Of a stretch of DNA of 32,000 nucleotides, positions 17,044-25,051 are shown in pieces. The stretch comes from Erysipelotrichaceae bacterium MTC7 (GTDB lineage Bacteria > Bacillota_I > Bacilli_A > Erysipelotrichales > Erysipelotrichaceae): the NCBI GenBank assembly GCA_001695645.1, contig LVZN01000015.1:1-32000 (forward strand), in the 5' to 3' direction. A model generated the notes under the pieces. That model ran no database searches. It was given only the letters and a program-made list of their open reading frames with translations, and had not been told where the DNA came from. Every line of letters starts with the position of its first letter. The first letter of the stretch is position 1. Made by a program: the position numbers and the translations under genes.

Positions 17044-19269
17044 TTATTGATTCAAAGATTTTTTCTTCCTATTTCTTATATGCAGCCCAACAAGCAACAT
17101 TAAAGTACTTAAAGATAACCAATACACCGTATGACTTGTATCACTTGTCGCTACGCTTGCATGTGCAGTGGTATTGTTACTTTTAGAACTTGAAGACTTG
17201 ACCGTTTGATTTCCAACTTCTGAATTCTTGTTATCAACATTTTTAGAATCTGTAGACTCTTCAGTTTTATTTCCAGTATCCGAATTCTCATTGTCGGCAT
17301 TTCCAGTTTCCACATTCACTTTTTTTAGTTGTTCAATTGCTTGTAATAATGCTGTACATGCTTCATCAACCACATTTTGACTTGCCATTTCATCTTCTAA
17401 AACAGATTTTGCTTGCTCTAGCGCACGTAGATATACATTCCATGTTGAAGCTGTATATGCATCTGCAGCATCAATTGCAATTGCTCCAGCGACGATTGCC
17501 TGTAGTTGTGATTTATCAACCACATGCTTTAATTCTTTTGTCACAAGTTTCCAGTCATCTGTAGTTCCCCAACTAAAGGCTTCTGCTTGTACATGTAATC
17601 CAACGCTTAGTGTAGTTTCTTCATCTATACTAAATGTAATGGTTGGTTCTTTCCAGTTGCACCACCCGTCCAATTGGATAAGCTGTTTTTGAATCACTTG
17701 GTTTCCTATAGCAACATATGCATAAATATCAGAAGTATCTACATTTGCACCACCTTGTATATGTAGTGAGAATTTATGAGTTCCTGCTGGTAACGTGACC
17801 TCTTGTGATACATTAAAATCAATTTCTTCCTCACTATAAAAGTGAACACTATACGCTCCGGAAAATGGGTCATCCGTTTTCCGTGAAACGTACGGTTTCG
17901 AAATTTCAAATATACTCATATCTTCTTCTTCAAAACCAGGATTTTTAAGAACATTTACTAATTCTGGTTCAGTTTTTTCATTATAACCAGTAAATACATA
18001 TGTAAAGACACGTAACGAAGGCAATGCATGTCCCGCAAAATCAAACATTGCTTGATTATCTACTTCAGTCCCTCCGTAATTAGACATAGTTGCAATCCCA
18101 CTTCCCGTTGGACTTTTGTCATAAGTCGTTGCCGCTTTGGTCGCCCATCCAGATCCATATGTTTCCCATAAAGGTTCATTGTCTGCTCGTGTCCCATTAC
18201 CTTGATTTACTGGAATCCATGTATTTTCCCAATAAAAGACACCAATTCCTTTGCTGTTTTTTACACCATTGTTTACCGTATCAACGACATCTCTGAACAT
18301 ATTTGCCTGCCCATCAACGCTTGCATCATAACCTTTCAGCTGACTTTTATTTTTGATGAGATTTGCTTGATCATCACCGTCTTCCAAAGTGTATGGATAT
18401 GCTGTCTCTGCAACCATTACTTCTTTATCAAAGTCATCTACTATTTTATTTAATTGGGTAGATAGCTGACTTAGTGTTCCATGCCAAACTGGATAATACG
18501 AAGTTGCAACAACGTCAAAATCAACTCCGCCATCATACAATTCTTTTGTATATGTATATGGATTTCCCTTTTCTGGGTTTGTAAAATGCACAGCAACTTT
18601 TATGTTTTTACTTACATCGCGAATGGCTTTGCTTCCCGCTTTAAATAGTTTTAGTTTATTCTCTAACTTTGTTTCGCCACAGATACCTTGACCTGTTGTT
18701 TCATTCCCTACTTGCACCATTCCAACATCAACGCCTGCATCGTGCAATGCAACTAAACTTTCCTTGGTGTATTCATAGATTTCACTAGCTTTTTGATCTG
18801 CTGAAAGTTTCTCCCATGCCTTTGGTGCATTTTGGCGTCCTGGATCAGCCCAAAAATCTGAATAATGGAAATCAACCAATAACTTCATGCCTTTAGCTGT
18901 TGCGCGCTTACCAATCGCTATAGCTTTTGCTAAATCAGAGTTTCCTCCACCATAACCATTGCCATGTTCATCGTATGGATCATTCCAAACTTTTACACGA
19001 ATGTAATTTACTCCGGCATCTGCCATAATGGCAAATACATCTTTTTCTTGACCGTCGAAATCGTAGTATTTCCCACCGCTTTCTTCTACTGCAATAACAC
19101 TCGATGCATCTGTCCCAAGGATAAAATCATTTTCTAAATTATCAACTTTTTGAATACTTACTTCCTCAGTTATTTCTTCTTTTCTTAAAGATGTCATGTT
19201 AGTTACACTCATAAGCGCAATGAAAACACCCATCAATAAAATGGTAACTTTTTTATAAATTCGTTTCAT
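17044..19269 (-). CDS. ganB: Secreted, cell-associated GH53 arabinogalactan endo-beta-1,4-galactanase with a CBM-like beta-sandwich, a FIVAR-like helical domain and a C-terminal anchor
   Basis: The N-terminus is a signal or anchor sequence (KKVTILLMGVFIALMSV). GH53 catalytic motifs are VQVGNETTG (acid/base) and VMVAETAYPYT (nucleophile). NPGFEEED...DDWKL is CBM-like. An Asn/Ser/Asp-rich spacer precedes a terminal hydrophobic helix and an RNRKKK tail. Confidence 0.9.
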   Translation of the reverse strand: MKRIYKKVTILLMGVFIALMSVTNMTSLRKEEITEEVSIQKVDNLENDFILGTDASSVIAVEESGGKYYDFDGQEKDVFAIMADAGVNYIRVKVWNDPYDEHGNGYGGGNSDLAKAIAIGKRATAKGMKLLVDFHYSDFWADPGRQNAPKAWEKLSADQKASEIYEYTKESLVALHDAGVDVGMVQVGNETTGQGICGETKLENKLKLFKAGSKAIRDVSKNIKVAVHFTNPEKGNPYTYTKELYDGGVDFDVVATSYYPVWHGTLSQLSTQLNKIVDDFDKEVMVAETAYPYTLEDGDDQANLIKNKSQLKGYDASVDGQANMFRDVVDTVNNGVKNSKGIGVFYWENTWIPVNQGNGTRADNEPLWETYGSGWATKAATTYDKSPTGSGIATMSNYGGTEVDNQAMFDFAGHALPSLRVFTYVFTGYNEKTEPELVNVLKNPGFEEEDMSIFEISKPYVSRKTDDPFSGAYSVHFYSEEEIDFNVSQEVTLPAGTHKFSLHIQGGANVDTSDIYAYVAIGNQVIQKQLIQLDGWCNWKEPTITFSIDEETTLSVGLHVQAEAFSWGTTDDWKLVTKELKHVVDKSQLQAIVAGAIAIDAADAYTASTWNVYLRALEQAKSVLEDEMASQNVVDEACTALLQAIEQLKKVNVETGNADNENSDTGNKTEESTDSKNVDNKNSEVGNQTVKSSSSKSNNTTAHASVATSDTSHTVYWLSLSTLMLLVGLHIRNRKKKSLNQ

Positions 19270-19296
19270 CTTAACCCCTTTTTACACAATATAGTT

Positions 19297-19965
19297 TTAA
19301 TTATTTTCTAGTAATTCTGTAAAATCATGAATTACTTTTTTCACATATGGTAGTTTCTTATATATATCAAATTGCTTTGCTGAATCAACTACCACAATAT
19401 TTTTGCATCCTGCCTCCGCTGCATTTTTAATACCACTAATCGAATCTTCGATAACTAAAATATCTTCAATTGGTGTATGCAATTTATCTGCTGCATTTTT
19501 AAACATCGCAATTTTGTTTTTATATGTTCCATCATCATAGACGATATCAGATGGTTGAATCCAATCATCTAAGCAAAATGACTCGACAAAGAAATCTATA
19601 TTTGGTTTAATTGACGCGCTTGCTATGGTAAATGGAATGTTTTTTTTCTTTAGTTGATCAAAATAGGCAGAACTTCCTTTTACCAAATGAAATGTAGATT
19701 CATCTTTCTTACAAAAATCTCTATATATTTTTTCCTTAAGTAAAGAGTACTGATTCATTTGCTCATCTGTAGCTTTTCCATCTAACATATATTGGATTAC
19801 CTTGTTGTTTGGTACGCCATTGATATGTTCCAATAACTCAGTTTCTTGAAGTTCTGTTCCTCGAAGTCTCTTTGAGATTTCTCCCCAAGCTTTGATGTGT
19901 TTATCATTATCAAAAAATAAAGTTCCATTAAAATCAAAAATGACGGCTTTATAATCTAACTTCAT
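19297..19965 (-). CDS. HAD-superfamily hydrolase (beta-phosphoglucomutase/phosphatase-like subfamily) with an atypical motif I
   Basis: Motif I is FDFNGTL (D-x-N rather than D-x-D), motif II is TIASAS, and motif IV is VIEDSISGIKNA. I placed the start at the ATG at 19965 behind AAAGGAG. It overlaps the lacG stop as ATGA. Confidence 0.8.
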   Translation of the reverse strand: MKLDYKAVIFDFNGTLFFDNDKHIKAWGEISKRLRGTELQETELLEHINGVPNNKVIQYMLDGKATDEQMNQYSLLKEKIYRDFCKKDESTFHLVKGSSAYFDQLKKKNIPFTIASASIKPNIDFFVESFCLDDWIQPSDIVYDDGTYKNKIAMFKNAADKLHTPIEDILVIEDSISGIKNAAEAGCKNIVVVDSAKQFDIYKKLPYVKKVIHDFTELLENN

Positions 19966-21365
19966 TCTAACTCCTTTGTTTCTGAAATACGTTTGTACCA
20001 ATAAGCTGATGCTTTAGGGTAGCGTTTTTGAGTTTCATAGTCAATATAGAATAAACCATATCGCTTGTTGTATCCATTTGTCCATGAGAACATGTCCATT
20101 AGTGACCAGATAAAGTATCCTTTCACATTTACTCCAGCTTCAACTGCTTTTAATAAATAATGTAAATGTCTTCTTACAAAATCAATTCTTGGTGAGTCAT
20201 CAATTACTCCATTCTCAAAATCATCTTTATATCCCATTCCGTTTTCCGTAATGTAGATTTCCTTGTAGTTTGGATATTGCATTTTGATACGCATCAACAT
20301 ATCAAACATGCTTTCAGGGTGAATTAACCAATCCCAATCAGTTCGATCAATCCCATCCTTCTCCATACGTTCTCCAACACCTTGTAAGCCAAAACGTGAA
20401 GTGCCTTTCTCTCCAGTTCCATTATGAAAAATATCATTTTCTCCATCATATGCTTGAATGAAACGACTTTGGTAATAATTCATTCCCATAAAATCGTTAA
20501 GTTCTGCAGCTTTTCGCATGATTTTCAAATCTTCTTCTTTAATGGTAATAACGCCTCCTTGCAAACTTGCTAATTTATTTGCAACCTGTAAGGTTTCGCA
20601 ACTATATTCACCCAAGAATGTTGCATCAAGCAAAAATTGATTTTGTAGCACATCTTCATTTTTCGCAGCATGAATATCTTCAACTTTTAACTCGTTATAC
20701 GGATACTTATACTCTAAGGACTGTACAACTCCAATCTTTCCATTGTAGCCTTTTTCTTTGTAGAGAATGACTGCTTTTGCATGAGCAAGCATCATGTTGT
20801 GCATCGCTTGGAATGCTTTTGTCACATTATATTTTTCCCCATAAGGAAATGTTCCTTCAATGTATTGATTTGTTGCAACCGCCCATATTTCATTGAAAGT
20901 AAACCAATATGTGACTTCATCTTTGAACTCCTCAAAACAAAATTCTGCATATTTTACAAAGGCATTGATGGTATGTTCGTTTAAGAAATCCCCATCTTTG
21001 TACAATCCAATTGGTGTATCAAAGTGATGTAATGTAACAAATGGGTCTACATCGTTTTTTCGACACTCTTTAAATAGATTATGGTAAAAATCAATGCCTT
21101 CTTGATTGATTTCTCCACTACCTTTAGGAAAGATTCTTGCCCACGAGATCGAAATCCGAATCCCATTAATTCCAAACATCTTACATAATTTAAGATCAAT
21201 AGGATATTGATGATAGAAATCACTTGCAGGATCTGCTTGAAATCTTCCTTTCGTTTCTAGAAATTCATCCCAAGAAATAACTCCTTTTCCATATGCGCGT
21301 GTACTACCTTCACATTGATATGCAGCCGTGGCTCCACCAAAAATAAAATCTTCTGCAAATTTCAT
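19962..21365 (-). CDS. lacG: GH1 6-phospho-beta-galactosidase
   Basis: GH1 motifs TFNEIW (acid/base) and YITENGMG (nucleophile). The phosphate-binding signature SLMDMFSWTNGYNKRYGLFY (S..W....K.Y) resembles LacG. I placed the start at the ATG at 21365 behind GGAGG. Confidence 0.85.
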   Translation of the reverse strand: MKFAEDFIFGGATAAYQCEGSTRAYGKGVISWDEFLETKGRFQADPASDFYHQYPIDLKLCKMFGINGIRISISWARIFPKGSGEINQEGIDFYHNLFKECRKNDVDPFVTLHHFDTPIGLYKDGDFLNEHTINAFVKYAEFCFEEFKDEVTYWFTFNEIWAVATNQYIEGTFPYGEKYNVTKAFQAMHNMMLAHAKAVILYKEKGYNGKIGVVQSLEYKYPYNELKVEDIHAAKNEDVLQNQFLLDATFLGEYSCETLQVANKLASLQGGVITIKEEDLKIMRKAAELNDFMGMNYYQSRFIQAYDGENDIFHNGTGEKGTSRFGLQGVGERMEKDGIDRTDWDWLIHPESMFDMLMRIKMQYPNYKEIYITENGMGYKDDFENGVIDDSPRIDFVRRHLHYLLKAVEAGVNVKGYFIWSLMDMFSWTNGYNKRYGLFYIDYETQKRYPKASAYWYKRISETKELE

Positions 21366-21397
21366 GTTTACCTCCAAATTTCTCTTTTTTTAATTAG

Positions 21398-21429
21398 TAG
21401 AAAAGTAACAAAGTAATGTTACTTTTCTA
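21398..21429. other. Perfect 12-bp intercistronic hairpin between lacE and lacG
   Basis: TAGAAAAGTAAC (21398-21409) / GTTACTTTTCTA (21418-21429) with an 8-nt loop. The T-run is on the plus-strand side only. Confidence 0.7.
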
Positions 21430-21434
21430 TTTTT

Positions 21435-23096
21435 TTACTTTTCTAATACGTCCAAAATAAAGTCCACTGCCCCTTTTGGATCTTTTGTTAGGGCAATGTA
21501 TTGTACACCTTTTGTTGCTACAACTTTAATACCAAATTCTTTTGCCGCATCTTGCACTTCATCTAAATGCGATTGTACTTGTGGCGATAGCACAACGACA
21601 TCAAAGTTTTTTAGAATATCATAGTGCGAACCATACGCCCCTGCTTGTGCAGTCATAGGCGTTCCTGTTTGTGCTGCCCCATCTTCAATTGCGTTTGCAA
21701 ACATTGCACTTGTTCCTGCACCAACACATAAGACTAAAACATTTACGTTATCCGTTAGTTCCTTACGTGTTTTTTTAATTTCTTGATTCTCACTTTTAGA
21801 AGAATCTGTAGATTCTAAGTCTTTTGCTGTTTGTGCTTCTTCAATTAATAAACTATCATCATACGCCTTGATGAATGGTAGGTAGATGATAGAATCTACA
21901 ACAATTAAAACAACAGCTAAAACAATTGCAAGAATACTTACTCCTGTACCTAAAATTAATCCAACTGGTGCTGGAGTTGCCCACGGCAATACATACATAA
22001 ACGAATCCATTTGAAGTACATCAACAAAGAATTTAAAGATACTAACATTCACCATTGGTGCTAGTAAGAATGGAACGAAAAAGTATGGATTTAATACGAT
22101 TGGTGTAGCAAATAACAATGGCTCGTTTACTGCAAAACATACTGGTACAAACGATGCTTTACCAACGGCTTTGAGTTGTTTTGATCGAGCAAACAACATG
22201 AATAGGAAAGGTACAACAAGTGTAGCTCCAGTACCACCCATAGTTCCTACGAAGTTTCCTAATCCAACAGTCAATACATTAGATGCGTGTTCTCCCGCTT
22301 TAAATAACTGTAAATTTGTTTCAACGTTTGCATAAATGATTGCAGCTATTGCAGGTTCTACAATGGATGGTCCGTGAACCCCAACAAACCAGAATAACGC
22401 CATAGCTCCCCAAATTATACAAATTCCTAAGTATCCATCTGCAGCACTAAATAACGGTTGTAACAATGTAATTACTGCTTCTGCAAATGTAGTTCCTACT
22501 GTGTAAGTTGTAATTACATCAATGATGACACATATAAGTACAGCAAATGAGAATGGAAAGATATCTCTAAACATTTGCGAGATGGTTCCAGGAACTTCTT
22601 TAGGCATGCGAATCGTAATATCTTTCTTTACACAGAAACGATATACCCAACATGTAATAAATGCTGCAATGAAACTTGCAATTAATCCTTTGGTTCCCAT
22701 AAACGCAGTTGAGAAATTTCCATCAACTTGCGCTACACTCAAGAATAAGAATCCACAAATACTTGCCAACATAACAGATACTGGATTGATTTTCTTGTTT
22801 TGTGGCATTTTGCGGTTCATTGATTCTGCTAAACAACGTGCGGTTGTTGCTGTAACTAATAAACCAACAACTCCCATCGTATATCCATAAACTTTCCATA
22901 ACCATGTAGATACTTCATCCGGCCAAGCAAAACCAAAAATTTCTGGAATTGCAGCTGCTAGAATAAATACACTAGAGAATAGAATTGCAGGCATAGCCGT
23001 TAAAAATCCATCTCTAATTGCCCCTAAATAAATGTTTTGTGCTAACTTATCAAAAAATGGTTTCGCTTTTTCGATTTGGCGAATAATTCCCCCCAT
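21435..23096 (-). CDS. lacE: PTS lactose/cellobiose-family EIICB
   Basis: 553 aa. A polytopic Lac-family EIIC is followed by a C-terminal EIIB domain with VLVLCVGAGTSAMFAN (phospho-Cys). The gene lies between lacF and lacG. Confidence 0.9.
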   Translation of the reverse strand: MGGIIRQIEKAKPFFDKLAQNIYLGAIRDGFLTAMPAILFSSVFILAAAIPEIFGFAWPDEVSTWLWKVYGYTMGVVGLLVTATTARCLAESMNRKMPQNKKINPVSVMLASICGFLFLSVAQVDGNFSTAFMGTKGLIASFIAAFITCWVYRFCVKKDITIRMPKEVPGTISQMFRDIFPFSFAVLICVIIDVITTYTVGTTFAEAVITLLQPLFSAADGYLGICIIWGAMALFWFVGVHGPSIVEPAIAAIIYANVETNLQLFKAGEHASNVLTVGLGNFVGTMGGTGATLVVPFLFMLFARSKQLKAVGKASFVPVCFAVNEPLLFATPIVLNPYFFVPFLLAPMVNVSIFKFFVDVLQMDSFMYVLPWATPAPVGLILGTGVSILAIVLAVVLIVVDSIIYLPFIKAYDDSLLIEEAQTAKDLESTDSSKSENQEIKKTRKELTDNVNVLVLCVGAGTSAMFANAIEDGAAQTGTPMTAQAGAYGSHYDILKNFDVVVLSPQVQSHLDEVQDAAKEFGIKVVATKGVQYIALTKDPKGAVDFILDVLEK

Positions 23097-23098
23097 AC

Positions 23099-23419
23099 TT
23101 ACTTCTCCTCCTTGTGTTTATAAAGTTCAATAAAATCAGTAATGATATCCCGTAATAAAATCGTTGTCATTAAATGGTCTTGTGAATGTATAAATATAAA
23201 ACCAAGTTCCATGTCTTGACCTGCTGCTTCTTCAGCTAAAATCTTTGTTTGTGCTTGGTGTGCAAGATGAAGATTTTCATCCGCATCGCGCAGACGTTCT
23301 TCAACATTGTCAAAATTCCCTTTTCTTATGTCTTTTAACAATTCTAGAAGTGTACTTCTTGCATCACCTGCGTAGGCTACAATCTCAAAACCTACCATAA
23401 TCAATTCGTTTTTTTCCAT
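23099..23419 (-). CDS. lacF: PTS lactose/cellobiose-family EIIA
   Basis: 106 aa, with the IHSQDHLMTT phospho-His motif and a helical-bundle N-terminus (GDARS). SD TTAGGAGAAA lies upstream. Confidence 0.9.
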   Translation of the reverse strand: MEKNELIMVGFEIVAYAGDARSTLLELLKDIRKGNFDNVEERLRDADENLHLAHQAQTKILAEEAAGQDMELGFIFIHSQDHLMTTILLRDIITDFIELYKHKEEK

Positions 23420-23580
23420 CGATTATTTCTCCTAACTTTTAAATACAATAGATCGATAATTCTTTTCAAACAATAGAAGCTCTTTCATATATATGATTCC
23501 TGTAAACGTAAGAGCCAACATTTACTTTCTTCATATATATTTCCCCTATCAAGCAAAAGTTTGATTCCTTGTACACCCAA

Positions 23581-23609
23581 ATTGTAAACGCTAACAAAAC
23601 ACGTGTCAA
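23581..23609 (-). promoter_or_regulatory. Sigma-A promoter of the lacFEG-HAD-GH53 operon
   Basis: Minus strand: TTGACA (23609-23604), 17-nt spacer, TACAAT (23586-23581). This leaves a leader of about 155 nt before lacF. Confidence 0.65.
23583..23596. promoter_or_regulatory. cre-like (CcpA) / LacI-family operator overlapping the lac promoter
   Basis: TGTAAACGCTAACA matches the cre consensus TGWAANCGNTNWCA at every specified position. It overlaps the spacer and -10 of the lac promoter. It also resembles the GTAAACG half-sites upstream of galR, so the local LacI regulator could be the binder instead. Confidence 0.6.
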
Positions 23610-23711
23610 CATTTCCAAACACTAATAGTCAAAAAAAATGGAAAGTTTTCATAAAATTGTTCGATTTCGATTTATGTAACTTAATTATTGTTTGTTTTTG
23701 TTTGATTATTG

Positions 23712-23740
23712 TTGACTATTTGCATCTATGCATGTATATT
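23712..23740 (+). promoter_or_regulatory. Sigma-A promoter of lacR
   Basis: TTGACT (23712-23717), 17-nt spacer, TATATT (23735-23740), about 40 nt upstream of the ATG at 23780. Confidence 0.6.
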
Positions 23741-23779
23741 CAAAGTAACAAGCAAGAAATAATAGCGAGGTCATTCATT

Positions 23780-24541
23780 ATGTTAAAAAGAGAACGCTTA
23801 TTGAAAATTACTAATATTGTAAATGAACAAGGCATTGTAACTGTAACAGATATTATGGAAGAACTACACGTATCGGATATGACAGTCCGCAGAGATTTAG
23901 ATGAACTTGAAAAAGCTGGGAAGCTCTTACGAATTCATGGAGGTGCACAAAGTCTTACTTTTTCTCTTGATCACGAACTTTCTCATTTAGAGAAAACAAC
24001 TGTTCAATTTATCGAAAAGCAGCAGATTGTTCGCTATGCAAATTCTATAATCCAAGAAGGTGAGACTATTTTTCTTGGTCCCGGAACAACAATTGAAATG
24101 TTGGCTGATAAAGTTAAAGGAAGAAACATTCGTGTGATTACCAATAGTTATCCCGTATTTGAAACCTTGATTAATCACAAGCCGACGGAAGTGATCCTTA
24201 CCGGTGGTGAATATCGCAGCAATACCGGAGCTTTTGTTGGACCTATCACGAATTCTATACTATTTAAATTTAAATATACGAAAGCATTTATCGGTTGCAA
24301 TGGTATTTGCAACAATGAGATTACCACCTATTCATTGGAAGAAGGCGAAGCACAAGCAATTGCACTAAACAATTCGCGTAACAAATATCTACTTGCTGAT
24401 TATAAGAAATTCAATCGAGAAGATTTTTATGTATACTATAAGTTACACGATTTTGATACGCTTATTACCGATAAAAACATAAGTGGAGAAACACTTAAAC
24501 ACTATGAACAATATACAGATATTGTAATAGCGAATAAATAG
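23780..24541 (+). CDS. lacR: DeoR-family repressor (LacR-like)
   Basis: MLKRERLLKITNIVNEQGIVTVTDIMEELHVSDMTVRRDLDEL is a DeoR HTH, followed by a DeoR C-terminal sensor domain. I placed the start at the ATG at 23780 behind GCGAGG. The 59 upstream codons in the ORF track cover the promoter and are not coding. Confidence 0.85.
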   Translation: MLKRERLLKITNIVNEQGIVTVTDIMEELHVSDMTVRRDLDELEKAGKLLRIHGGAQSLTFSLDHELSHLEKTTVQFIEKQQIVRYANSIIQEGETIFLGPGTTIEMLADKVKGRNIRVITNSYPVFETLINHKPTEVILTGGEYRSNTGAFVGPITNSILFKFKYTKAFIGCNGICNNEITTYSLEEGEAQAIALNNSRNKYLLADYKKFNREDFYVYYKLHDFDTLITDKNISGETLKHYEQYTDIVIANK

Positions 24542-24546
24542 CAAAA

Positions 24547-24575
24547 AAAAGTTCAGTTTTGATAACTGAACTTTT
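24547..24575. terminator. Bidirectional terminator between lacR and the Rrf2 gene
   Basis: AAAAGTTCAGTT (24547-24558) / AACTGAACTTTT (24564-24575) with a 5-nt loop, flanked by A-runs and T-runs. Confidence 0.75.
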
Positions 24576-24581
24576 ATACTT

Positions 24582-25016
24582 TTATAGATAATACATAAAA
24601 CTATCATTAAAGTTTAAACCTTCATACTGCTCTTTTAGTTCCACCAATGAGATGGAGCTAAAAAACGTATGTATCTTGTCTTGAAATGGCTCGCATATCG
24701 ACGATGAAATGACTTTATCAATGTTACGAGCACCACTTTCTTCAACCTCAAACAATGTTTTCTCGGTTGCTTCAAGAATATGATAGACCGATATATCTTT
24801 TGCTTTTCTAGCTAGTTTGTATCCACCTTTTGGTCCTTTTATGGACACGACAAGGTCGTTGGCTTTCAGCTGGGAAAAAACCTGTTCCAGATAGATCTTG
24901 GAAATGTCTAATTCTTCCGATAAGGAGATTAGTGACTTTAAGGTGTTTGATTCTTCATAGACTGCAAGCAAAATCATTGCCGATAGTCCATACTTTGATT
25001 TATTTGAAAACTTCAT
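24582..25016 (-). CDS. Rrf2-family transcriptional regulator, CymR-like (no Fe-S cysteine triad)
   Basis: MKFSNKSKYGLSAMILLA is the Rrf2 wHTH N-terminus, and KGPKGGYKLA is the wing. The protein has only one Cys, so it is not an IscR/NsrR-type cluster binder. It starts 35 nt downstream of cysK with SD AGGAGAAGGG. Confidence 0.8.
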   Translation of the reverse strand: MKFSNKSKYGLSAMILLAVYEESNTLKSLISLSEELDISKIYLEQVFSQLKANDLVVSIKGPKGGYKLARKAKDISVYHILEATEKTLFEVEESGARNIDKVISSSICEPFQDKIHTFFSSISLVELKEQYEGLNFNDSFMYYL

Positions 25017-25051
25017 GCCCTTCTCCTATCTTTATATTTAGGTTTCGCAAA

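Noticed and set aside
17160-17330. Repetitive nucleotide stretch (recurring atttccag / gaattct units) that could be taken for a tandem-repeat or phase-variation locus
   Set aside because: The repeats are imperfect and in frame, and they encode the Asn/Asp/Ser/Thr-rich spacer of the GH53 protein. There is no homopolymer or exact short tandem repeat that would allow slippage, and it is not CRISPR-like.
22522-22890. 122-aa plus-strand ORF and 60-aa minus-strand ORF inside lacE
   Set aside because: They are antisense or alternative-frame shadows of a confidently assigned EIICB gene.
23501-23514. Second cre-like site TGTAAACGTAAGAG in the lac leader
   Set aside because: Its right half breaks the consensus (A instead of T at position 10, and AG instead of CA at the end). 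Only the left half-site is convincing.
23603-23779. 59-codon N-terminal extension of the lacR ORF in the six-frame track (MSTFPNTNSQKK...)
   Set aside because: It contains the lacR promoter (TTGACT-17-TATATT at 23712-23740) and has no SD. The DeoR HTH begins right after the ATG at 23780, which does have an SD.
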